Below are positions 45,501 through 57,500 of a stretch of 64,000 bases of DNA, piece by piece (the first letter of the stretch is position 1; every line of letters starts with the position of its first letter). The notes under the pieces were generated by a model, which saw nothing but the letters and a program-made list of their open reading frames with translations, was not told the origin of the DNA and did not search any database. Made by a program: the position numbers and the translations under genes. This stretch comes from Nitriliruptoraceae bacterium. Its GTDB lineage: Bacteria; Actinomycetota; Nitriliruptoria; Nitriliruptorales; Nitriliruptoraceae. The stretch is taken from assembly GCA_047921175.1 (NCBI GenBank), contig JBLRWQ010000003.1, positions 4,534 to 68,533 on the forward strand, in the 5' to 3' direction.

Positions 45501-48500
45501 GGTGACGGTGTGCCCACCGATGATGTCGTCGTCACCGTCACCACCGAAGAGGATGTCGTCGCCCTGGCCACCGACGAGGATGTCGTCCCCGCCGAAGCCG
45601 AGGATGATGTCGGGGCCGCCTTGGTGCTCGGTCTGCGTGTAGATCGACGTGAAGGTGAACGGGTGCTCGGTGATCGGCCTCGACAGCGGGATGGCGGCGA
45701 GGTCGATCCAGCCAACGCCCTCCGCCTTCAGCTCACCGTGGTCGCCGAAGACGAGGTCGTTGCCGTCGCTGCCGAAGATCAGGTCGCCGGCGGTCCCACC
45801 GATGATCACGTTGTTGCCGTCGCCGTTGATCTCGATGAGGTCCGCCCCACCGTCGGTCGGTGCGGTTGTGGTCACCAGCGTGAGCCTGGCGACGCCCCCG
45901 AGGATGGTCCACTCGAGCCGGCCGTTGTCCCCGAGCACCAGGTTGCTACCGGCCGCGATCGTGATGATGTCGGCGTCGGCGCCGCCCACCACCACGTCAT
46001 CGCCACCATCGGTCCCGGTGCCGGTCAGGACGATGATGTCGGCCCCACCGATGCCGGTGTCGATCGACACCAGACCGACCAGCAACCCGTTCTCGAAGGC
46101 CAACGTGGCCGAGTCACCCACCACCACGTTGCTCCCACCCGCCACCGTGATCGTGTCACCCTCGGCACCACCCACCACGATGTCGTCACCGATGCCGGCC
46201 GTGATGGTGTCCGCCGCCCCGTGGCTGGGGGCCAGGCTCTCGATGGCCACCAGGGTGCGGATGCCATCTGTGGAGACGATCCAGGTAACCCTGCCGTTGT
46301 CGCCGAGGACGATGTTGTCGCCGTCCTGGGCGGAGATGACGTCCGAACCGGCGCCGCCGACGATGGTGTCGCTGCCGGACCCACCAGCTTCGGGACCAGC
46401 CACACCCGGCGTGCCGTCGCCGAGGATCGTGTCGGCGCCACCCTCGTTGGTCCGCAGGCTCTCGACCCGTTCGACGTAGCCGATGGTGGTCAGCCGGACG
46501 GTTCCGGCCGCCTGCACGATCTCGCCGTAGTCGCCGAGGATGATGTCGTCCCCGAGGCCGCCGACGAGTAGGTCGTCGCCCGGTCCGTGGAGCAGGTCGA
46601 CGGTCGGGGGCAGGTTCGGGCCGTACCAACCGGCGGGGACGTCGTCTCCGGTCACGAGGGTGACGGGGTCGTTCACCACCGTGAGGAGTGGCCGGTCTCC
46701 GGCGAGGCTCAGACGCGTGGTCAGGTCGAGGTTGAAGCCGCTGTCGCCGTAGATGTGGTTGGCGCCATCGATGCCGTAGATCGTGTCGTTCCCAGAACCG
46801 CCGGCGAGGTGGTCGTCGTGCGCGCTGCCGTAGATGGTGTCGTTCCCGCGGCCGCCGTAGATCGTGACGCCGCCGGTGGCGTCACGTGCGTCGATCGTGT
46901 CGTCGCCATGGTTGGCGAAGACGCGTCCGGTGCCGTTGCGCAGGGACGTCGTGGTGGTGTAGGCACTGCCGTCCTGGCTGGTGTCGCCGAACAGGACCAG
47001 CGGTGCATCGGACCCACCACCACCGGCAACGGTCAGGGTGTCGTCGCCGCCACCACCGTGGACCACGGTGATGCTGCCCTCGACCGTGCCCGAGACGGTG
47101 AAGGTGTCGTCGCCCTGGCCGAGCAGGATCTGGACGATCTCGATGTTGTGGTAGGTGATGCCGCCGGCGACGGTGCGCAGGTCCGTCACGTCGCGGCCGT
47201 AGTCGAACTGCACCGCGCCGCCCATGTCGAGCCCGTGGATCCATCCGAAGCTGTCGAGGCCATAGGTGTCGCGCAGTCGCTCCCAGGCCTCGTTGACGTC
47301 GTGTGCGTCGAGGCCGTAGACCGCGGCGAGGGCCTGGGCGTGGCACTGCTCGAGATCGCCGGTGCAGCCGGCGAGGAGCTCGAGGTAGCCGGTCTTGTCG
47401 GCGACCGAGCCGGCGTCGTAGACGAAGAGCCGGTCGGTCTGGAGCGTCGGATCGAGTGCCTCCTCGGGAAGGTAGAGCTCGGGCAGCTCACGGTCCGTCT
47501 CGGTCGGCAGGCGCATCCCGTTGGTGAGCGGCCACTCGCGGACCGTCTCGCCCTCGACGATCAGCGGACCGAACACGTAGCGGGTGTCCTGCGGCTGTGA
47601 TGGGTAGACGACCTGCGGTTGGCCGCCGTCGTGGCGGACGTTCTCCGGCACCACCGTGACCACGATCTGGGCCGGCATGTCCCAGGCGTCCAGGTCGAAC
47701 ACGATGTAGAGGTGACCGTCCTCGTCGTAGCCGAAGCGAGGATCGTCCGGGTCCGCAGGGCTCGCGGACGTCTGGCCGTCGGTGAGGATGGTCACGGTGA
47801 CCGGTGCGGTCGGCGTTGTGGTCAGCTCCACCGTGTAGGTGTCCGGTGTCCCCTCCGAGACCAGGGTGCCGCCGTCGCTGTGGACGACCAGGACCTCGCC
47901 CGTGTCACGGTCGCGGATGTCGACCTCGAGGATGCCGTCGACGCGCACGCCGTCGTAGGTGCCCAGGGTGCTCTCGACCTCGTGGTGGATCAGCGCGAAG
48001 AGCCGTCCCTGGACCCCACGGCCCGGGTCCGCGGCACCGACCGTGATGGTGACCGTGTCCGCCCAGTTGGTGTGGTCGAACTCGACCCCCCAGCGGTCGC
48101 CGGAGGTGTCGGTGACGAAACGGGTACCGATGGCCTCGGCGCTGAGCACCACCCTCGGGTCGGTGGCGTCGAGCCAGACCGTGATGCTCTCGCCATGCGC
48201 TGGCGGGGCCGTCAGCTCGATCGTGTAGGTGTCGGTCCGGCCCTCCTCGACGACGACGGTCTCCGCACCACTCTGGCGGACGGTGACGTTCGGCAGGTCA
48301 TCGTCGATGACGGTGACCTCGACGTTGGGGATGTCCAGCTGGTCGAAGGCGCCCTCGGTGCTGTAGGTGGAGTGGCTCACGACGACGATGCGCTCGCCCT
48401 CGGCGACCGTGTCGTGCAGGGCGCGCACCAGGATCTCCTGCTGGCGGTACCAGTGGTTCGGGTGCCCCTCGGGGGCGGCGGCGTCGAAGACCAGCACGAG

Positions 48501-51500
48501 GGCGCGGTGCCAGCTGAGGCCACCGTCCACGGAGATCTCGATCGACTCCGCGGTCAACCCGTCGGCGAGCGACGACGGGGCGGCCGAGACCGTCACGTAC
48601 ACGATCGTGTCCGGTGTGGTCGGGGGAACCGCCAGCTCGAGCAGATAGGCGGACCCGGTCGGGCGACCGGTGGTGCCCGGCTCGTAGACGACGGTCCCGC
48701 CGGCACCCTCGGTGACCATGAAGGTCCCGACGGCTCCCGTGACGATGTTCAGCTGGATCCCCTCGACCCAGATGCCGTCGTACGCGGGGTCATCGCTCTG
48801 CACGAGGTGGTCGATCATGCCGCTCACGCCCTCCACCTGGAGCGCGACGATCCGGCTCATCACGTCGCCGCCGACGTGGATCGAGTCGTTGCCCAGCCCG
48901 CCGACGATCACGGTGATCACGTCGGCGGCGGTGGACAGGACGTAGAAGACGTCGTCACCCTCCTGGCCGTCGACCTCGAGGCGCTGGATCCGGGTGTAGG
49001 TGACGTTGAGGCCGCCGCCCTGGACACCTTCTCGGGTGATGACGAACGCGTCGGGCCCTTCGGTTCCGATCACGACGACCGTGTTGACGCCGGGCCCGCC
49101 GTCGATGCTGACCGGTGCGTTGATGTTGTACTCGAAGTGGTCGTCACCGTCGCCACCGTCGAGGAGGGTGTCGGCGACCGACGATCCGCCGGCCGACCTC
49201 GGCACGAGCCGCCCCTGCTCGTCGAGCTCACCGAGCAGGAACGCCCGGACCACGAACGTGTCGTTGCCGGCCTCGCCGAAGAGCTTGAGCAGCGCCTGGT
49301 TGCTGTAGACGTAGAAGGTGTCGTGGCCGCTCCCGCCGTAGACCGTGGTGGGGAAGCTGATCCCGGGGCTCAGGTAGCCGCGGGTGGTGAGCACGGTCGA
49401 GATGTCGTCCCCGACGGCGACGAACGGGGCCATGGGATCGGTGTCGTCGTCCACCACGGCCAACGGGTCGTCCACGTTCGGGTCGGAGGAGCGAGGAGCT
49501 CCGAAGAGCTGACCGATCTGGAACAGGTTGTCGCCACCACGACCGTCGAGGTAGGTGAGCGCGCTGTTGTCGTCGACGTAGAACCGGTCGTCCTCGAGAC
49601 CACCGTGGACGTGCAGGACGTCGATCGAGCGGTCGTAGTTGACACGTTCGTACGTGTCGAGGAGGCCGTCCCCGGCGGGCTGCAGGCGGGTCACGAACCG
49701 CGACCGCAGCAGGAAGACGTTGCTCGAATCCTCGGTCCCGGTGACGTACAGCCGGTCGAGCCCGCCGTCGGGAGCACCGCTGTCAGTGATGTTGACGAGG
49801 TGATCGCTCGTGCCGGTCAGGATGACGTGGTAGGTGTCGGAGCCAGTCCCTGCGTCCACGTCGATGACGTCGCGCTCGGGAGCCTCCTCGAGGCCGGTGA
49901 CCAACGAGGCGGGTCCACCCATCGTGCCGGTGCACTCCCCGTTCACGAGGTACTTGCAGCCGGGGTCCAGATCGGGCAGCCGGTCGAGGATGATGACGTC
50001 ATCGCCGCCGGCGGCCGTCAGGAGCTCGCCGAGGCTCGCGTCGTAGTCGCCGTAGATGGTGGTGTGACCCTGGAGCGTCTCGGGCGAGAGGTAGATGACG
50101 TCGTCGTTACGCTCGCCCGTGATCAGGATCGTGGGCGCCGCCAGGCTGCCGACGACGTCGATCCTGGCACCGACCTGTTCCACCTCAGCGTTGCCGTGAT
50201 CCGCGTGGAGCGCGATCGAGGTCCCGGCCTCGACCATCGTGCCGGCGGCCAGCAGCAGGTCGTCACCGGCGAGCAGGCGCAGCGTGGTCGCTGCTCTCAC
50301 CGTTGCGCCGTCGGTGACGATCAGGTCCTCGTCGTCGTCGCTGCCGTCGCTGGCACTCGGCCCGTCCCGCCATAGCGAGGTGTCTCGGCTGGGGTCGGGG
50401 ATCGGGACGTTCGGGGCCGTGACGGCGGGTGAGTCGATCGCGTGGAGGATCACGGCGGCGGCGGTCGAGATCACGTCCTCGACGATGGTGAGGTAACCGG
50501 TGGTGGTGACGTGGATCTCGCTGCCCGCCAGCAGGCCCTCGGTGCCGTTCACACCGAACGCCTCGGGGAGCTCGGCACTCGCGATGCCACCGATCGTCAG
50601 CCCGCCGCGGTCGTCGATGCGGATGCCACCCGCGCCGGCCGCCGCCTCGAGGCGGCCGATCCAGGTCTCCAGCGCGTTGGCCGTCGTGCCGATGCCGCCG
50701 CCGGCGACCATCACCGCGTTGGTGGCGATGATGTCACGGGCCCCGCCGTCGGCGTTGTCGAGGATCGAGCCGGCGGCGTGGAGGAGCACGTCGAGGCTGA
50801 CGACCGGTTCGGCGATGGTGATCGTCCCGTCCTGGCCGCCGGAGGCCACGGTGTGGATCCGCGCGACGGTAGCCGTGCGCACGCCCCGGAAGGTGGTCAC
50901 GGAGAGGAGTCCGTCGGTCGCCGCCAGCTGACCGATCCGGAGATGGCCGAGGTCGTCGAGCCAGATGCCCCCGGTGGTGGAGGACGCGACCAGGTTGGCC
51001 AGCGCGGTGCGGATCGGCGCCAGGTAGGTGCCGATGTCGTCGTCGGCGATCAACAGACCGTCGATCGCGATGATCTCGAGCTCCGGCCCGCCGTTGTTGC
51101 GCTGGATCTCGCCGCGTACGTCGGCGAGGACACCGCCGGCGACGGCCGAGATCAGGCCGATGAAGAGATCGCCGTCCACGTCGAGCCCGACGTCACCCGT
51201 CGTGGACGTCACCGTCCGTGCCCACAGGGTGATGCGGTTCGACAGATGGATGTCCTCGTGAGCCGTCGCGTCGAGCCAACCGCTCGTGTCGTCGGTCGTG
51301 TCGGCAGGGACGTCACCGATCTCGGTGTCGAGGGGGCTGCCCTCCTCGCCGATGCTCCCGCCGGCGGTCAGCGTGGCGGTGGGGGTCACGAGGTTCCCGG
51401 CGGTGTTCTGGCTGTCGACCACGCCGTTGAGGATCGAACCGGACGCCCACAACGTCGCCGTGGTCCCTGCCTGCACGGTGCCGAGGAAGAGGTCTCCACC

Positions 51501-54500
51501 GAGGACGTGGAGGTGCACGTTCGCTGGCGTCGCGACACGTGCGGCGTGGAGGTCCCCGGCGGTGAAGGTGGCGCCCGGGACCGTCACGGCGCCGCTGACC
51601 TGCACGATGCGGATGTCGCCCGAAGCGGTGGCCGTCAGCTCGGCGTCGGGGTGCAGGGCGACCCGGAAGCGCTGGCCGTCGGTGCCGAAGCCGTAGATCG
51701 CGTCGCCGGCGAGCAGCTGCACATCGCCGACGGCGGTCACGGCGGCGGGACCCGATCCGAGGTCGACCAGGTTCCCCGTGGCCTCGAGTCGGACCGATCC
51801 ACCGGCGGTGACCCGCGTGACCTCGAGGTCCGCGTCCACCCGCACCGCGACGTCGCCGGGTGCGTCGGTGGTGATCGTCACCGTCTCGGCGGCCGGGACC
51901 GTCTCGATGGCCTCGATCAGCTCGAAGGTGAGACGGCGGAGGTCGGTGGTGTCGACCACCAGGTCGCCATGGTCGAGCAGGTACGTCCCGAGGCGGTCGT
52001 TGAGGTCGATCTTCTGCCATCGGGTCGGGTCGGCGAGGTCCTCGTTGGCGATCGTGACGATCCGGGAGGGGCCGAGGTAGCGGTACAGGCCGTAGACGTC
52101 CGGCAGCTCGACCAGCACGATCGCGCCGGTGGTGACGCTGCTCGAGGGCGCGGACGGCCCCAGCACCGTCGGGATGATCGGCGCCCAGTCCGTCCCGGAG
52201 AAGTCGGCGGCGGCGAGATCGACCGACCCGGAGGTGCCGAGGTAGCGGTAGACGGCGTGCATGCGCCCGATGACGTCCTCGAGCTTCAGCTGCGACAGCA
52301 GCTGCTGCTCCACGTCGCTGAGCCCGTCGAACCCACCCGTGAGCTCCAGCGACTGCAGGCCGGTGGCGCGACCGACGCTGTTGCCGGCCCCGCCGGCGAT
52401 CAGGGTCACGCTCTTCGCCCAGATGTTCGGGACATCGCCCACCGACACCTCGTCCGCGGTCCAGGTGGGCAGCTCGAGGTCCGGGTAGAGGAAACCGACC
52501 ACGCTGACCGACAACGGGTAGCGGAACGTGCTGCCGTCGTAGGTCCCTCCGCCGGTGGGGAACAGCTCGAGGATCAGGTCGAGCTTGTCGGCGGGCTGCT
52601 GCAGGGGCGAGCGTCCGGTGTCGTCGAGGATCGAACCGTCCCGGGTGGCCAGCCGGACCCCACCCGTCAGGGAGACGATGGAGGCGAACTCGCTGCGCTC
52701 CCACGCCCACGGACGCCCGAGCTCGAGGTCACCCGAGACCTCGACGATGTGGACGTCACCGTTCGCGTACACGGTGAGGTTGCCGGCACCGAGGACATCG
52801 GAGTCGATCGGCAGCGGTGCGGCGGCGGTGCCGAGCGCGCCACGGGAGCTGATCAGCGCCACCCGTTCCCCGGCGATCAGGGACTCGCTGGTGCAGGCGG
52901 TGCCACTGCAGGCGACGTGGATGCCGGCCGGGGCGATGAGCCGGACGTCTCCCCCGGTGGTCGTGACCTGGTCCACGAGGAGCCGGTCGGTGTGGACGCT
53001 GGTGGCGACGGCGACGACGTGGATGTCGCCTCCGGCGACCACGGTGAGCGGGCCCTTCGTGGTGCCGACCGTCACGCCCTCGACGTTGAGTCGGACGTCG
53101 CCCGCCGCGTGCACGACCGGGCTGGCGCCGTACACGGCGACGTGCTCGGCGCCGAGGACCGAACCCCCGGTGGAGGTGATCGTGACCGTGCCCTGCGTCG
53201 GTGACTGGATGTTGCCCAGCAGGCTGATCGTCGTCGCGCTGGTGATCTCGATCCTCGGGGCGGTCGGGCCGGGGAGGAACTGCAGGGAGATCGGGTTGTC
53301 CGCCTTGAGGGTGTGGGTGTAGTAGTCGTAGAAGCCCGCGACGTCGGTGATCAGCAGGTGGATGGTCTTCTTGCGCAGCCAGCCGCCGCCGGTGGTCCAC
53401 GTCTCGCTCGTCAGCGTCCGGCTCGTGACCTCGTAGTCGTACCGGATCGAGTAGGTCTCACCGATGCCCTGCACCGGCGTGGCGGAGGTCTCTCCGTAGA
53501 TCGTGCACGTGGTCTTGGAGGGGTCGCAGGTGACGACCTCGGACATCAGCAGTGGACGCTGGTCGGTGAAGAAGATCTCCTGCCACTGGTAGGTCATGTC
53601 CTTGACGAGCAGGTCGTTGAGCCCGCCCCAGCCGGGGATCAGGTTGAAGCTCTTCTTCTCGTACTTCGTCCGCGTGGTCTGGACACCCGCCTGCCCCTCG
53701 ACCCAGACGTAGTACAGGCCCTCCTGGACCGCGTAGGACAGTGAGGTCCCGGCGGGGTACGTGGTGTCCGTCCTGACCGTGTAGTCGATGCCGGGGATGG
53801 TGGTCCCGGAGGTGGGATCATCGGACTGCCCGAGGACGCCGTCGGACACGATCCTTCGGATCCCGCTGGTGCTGGTGACCGTGTACTCATGCTTGGTCAG
53901 CAGCGCGGTGTCGATGATGGTGATACGACCGATCCGGTCCGTCGTGGTGTCGATCCGGTTGACGATCAACTCGTAGCGGCTGTTGTTGATGATCACGACG
54001 TCGGTGAAGCCGTAGGCGACCGCGATGCGGCCGTTGCCGGTCGACAGGATCTGCCCGGCAAGGACGATCTCGCCGCCCGAGGTCACGATGTCCTCCACGA
54101 CGATGGCCTGGCGTTCGGCGTCGAAGTACGCCCGGACCGGCACGCCGCTCCCGAAGGTCACGTACTGCAGCGGCTTCCCGTCCGCCCCCGTCAGCGAGGT
54201 TGTGAAGGTGCGCTGGAAGTCGCTGCCGACCTCGAGCCGTAGCTCCTGCACGCCGCTCTGGATCAGGCCGTTGACGTTGAGGTAGCGGGCGGTGATCGTG
54301 ATGCGGCCGAGTGCGAGGATCCTCGAGTGGTCGGCGGCGAGACCGACGTTCAACCCGGAGAAGAAGGGGTTGACGTAGGGCGCGTTGTAGAGCAGGTCGT
54401 AGAACGCTTGAACCGTCGGAATGTCACTGGTGAGGGGGCCCGTGATGACGGTGTTGTCACCGAGGCTGCGGGCCAGGAGCCGGATCCGGCTGTAGTCGGC

Positions 54501-57500
54501 GAGCTGGCGCGGGTCGGCGTTGGTGTGGAACCAGTCGTCGACGTTGAGGGAGAAGTCACGGGCCGAGAAGATGTCGACGGACGCCCCGCGGATCTCGCCG
54601 TAGACGTTGATGCTGCCGTTCTCGTTTCGGATGACGATCGCGCCCGCCTCGTTGATCACGTCGCCGACGATGAAGAGGTCCTGGTCGATCGACGGGACGA
54701 GGACGTCGGAGCTCCCCGACACGTAGTGCTGGGTGATCGAGATCGTGGAGGTCGGCGGGTCGTCGACGGTCGGGGTGACGGCGCGGTAGTTGAGGTAGAC
54801 GCTGCCGGGCTTGAGGACGGCCGCTTCGCCATCGACGATCACGATTCGCTCGCTGTCGCGGATGATGGCGTCCGCGACGGTCATCGGGAAGGGCGACAGG
54901 TTGCTGATCAGCAGGGTGGCCCCGGCCCGGGTGACGAGCCGGCCGGCGTCGATCGCGCTCTGGAGCGCGGCTCGCTGCGCAGCGGTGTCGTCCGCGACCA
55001 CGTAGACCGAGCCCGGAGCGGCCGTGATCGGCGGTAGCTCGAGGAAGAGCGCATCGAGCTGCTGGTTGACCAACCGGACACCGGGGGTCTTCGACTCGGT
55101 CGTGTGGGTGGCGGTCCCGCCGGTGCCCTCGAGCCTCCAGCGCGTCGTCACGCTGAAGTCCTCCTCGGCGAGGACGATGCCCTCGGCCGCGGCCCCGAGG
55201 AAGAGGTAGCGGTTCGCCGTCGTCGGCGTGGTCCCCGTCGGCCGGAGGTCGTGGACGGTGTCACCCGGGTTCACGGTGATCCGGTAGGTGACCAGGCCGA
55301 GCTCGTCGAGGGTGCGGTCGATGATGTCGAGCTGGACCTGGTAGCGGGCGACCGCGTCCGCGTTGGTGGCGTGGTCGGTCATCCACGCGACCAGCTGCTC
55401 GCGCTGCTCGATCAGGAGCAGGGCCAGGTTGCGGTAGGTGAGCGTCGGCGCAGCCAACTCGACCGGCTTGACGACGTAGAACGCCCCCACGAGCTGCTGC
55501 TGGAGCTGCTGCGTCACGTCGCTGCCGTAGTAGGACCCTGCGGCCTCGACCTGGCTGATGCTCGGCACGGTCCTGCCGTCGACGGTCTGGGTCCCTGCCG
55601 TCAGTCGCACCCAGCGGCTGGTGACCGAGTAGTCCTCCTCGTGCAGGTAGAGGGAGTGTCCGTCCGTGACCGGGCGGTAGGAGTAGTAGCCGCCGACCAC
55701 GCCGCCGCCGTTCGCCCCCGCGACCACCTTGACGACCATCCCCGTCGACACGACGAGCGGGATGTCGTCCGGCTCCAGCCCGACCAACTCGTACGGCACG
55801 TCCGCGGGGACCTGCACCCCCTCCGCAGCGAGTGCGGTTCGGTCGTCCGCGGTCAGCGGCCGGCCGGTGCCGTCCCACAGGTCGTCGTCGGGTCGGATCA
55901 GGACGATGGACGAGCTGTTCAGCCCGGCGATGACCTTCGTGCCCGAACCGATGGTCACCGTGTTCGTGCTGGTGACGCTGCTTCCGTCGGGCACCACCAC
56001 GCCGTAGGGGATCATCGAGAGCGAGAGCACCCCGCCGTCGGTGCCGGCGCGTTCGGTGCCGCCGAGCCCCTCCACCGCGAGGAGGTCGATGTCCTGCAGG
56101 GCACGGAGCTGGGTGCTGCCCGCGAGCGTGATCGTGTTGTGCTCGGTGATGTCCGCGAGCACGACCGGGATGGCGATGCTCGGGTACATCGACACGGCGA
56201 GGATCTGGACGTCCGCGAAGGTGTAGAACAGGTTCGGGACGCCGCTGCTCCCGCGCCCGGCGTAGAGCTTGAGGTCCTGGCCGGTGATGGCGCTGTCGGT
56301 GACCGTGATCTGCTGCGTGACGTCGGTGTCGGTGCTGGCCAGGCCGCTCGCGCCGCCGGCGAGCACGCTGATGATCAGCAGGTTCGCGGAGGCGACGACC
56401 AACGAGTCCGCCCGGGTCGCCAGGACGACGTCGCCGGTGCGGTTCTCGAGGACAGCGCCGGTGACGGCGATATCGGCGAGCGTCTCGGTGTCGATGATGG
56501 AGTTGACCGCGGTGACCTGGAAGCCGGCGACGCTCTCCACGGCGGCCTTGTCGAAGGCGGTGACGTCGGTGGCAGCGTCGATCCGCAGGCTGCCCCGGTC
56601 GAGGTTCGTGCCGTCCGTGACGATGCTGGCGCCGGTGCCGATGGTGACCGTGGCCTGGAACGGGTGCGTGTCCGTCCCGACCTCGGTCAGGCTCACCATC
56701 ACGGTGAGCGATCCCGCACTCGCGGAGCCGGAGTGCAGGGTCGGTGCGTCGCCGTAGCCGTCCTTCACCAGTCGGTTCACGGCTCCGATCGTGATCACGG
56801 TCGCGACGACGTCCACGGCCCCGATCAGGACATCGGCACGGCTGGTGAGGGTGTGGGTGATCAGGGCACCGGTACCGGCGGCGAGGGCGAGCGTGTAGCT
56901 GTCAGCCTTGCCGTCGATGTTCTGATCGAGCGCGGCGCCGATCGTCAGCGTGCGGGCCAGGATCTCGACGCCGTCACCGAGGCGGACGAGCGCCGTGTTC
57001 GTGGTGGTGGTCGTGCTGACCGCGCCGGTCACCGAGAGACCACCGATCGAGCCGGCGATCGTCTCCGCGCGAAGAAGGTCCGTGCTCGTCGCCTGGACGA
57101 CGACGGTGTCGGCGATCACGGTCGCGCCGCCCGTCAGCTGTGCCAGGACCTCCTCGACGGCCCGGCCCCGCCCGAGGTTCACCGTGGCGCTGAAGCCGCC
57201 GAACGCCGCCAGCCCCGCCGCGCCGCCGTTCGCACTGACCCGGCCCTCGTTCACGGCGGTGGCGATCACCCGGACGGCGCCGGTCGCGGCGAACACGGTC
57301 GCCGCGTGGATCGTCGCGGAGGCGGTGGTCAGGAGGTTCGCGATGCCCACGTTGAGCGTGCCCGCGATCAGACCGCCGGAGAGCCCGACGACCTCGAGGC
57401 CGGTGATCCGGGCCACGGACGTGGCGAGGACGTCGACCGCGTTCGCGACCACGGCCGCCTGGGTGATCCTCGCGCTGATCTCGCTCGAGATCGTCGAGAC

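Noticed and set aside
43600-47070. Possible CRISPR-like or tandem DNA repeat array, suggested by the periodic GGCGGC/GACGAC-rich sequence
   Set aside because: The periodicity is the 27-nt RTX nonapeptide coding repeat within an open reading frame. The units are degenerate at the DNA level, with no identical direct repeats or unique spacers.
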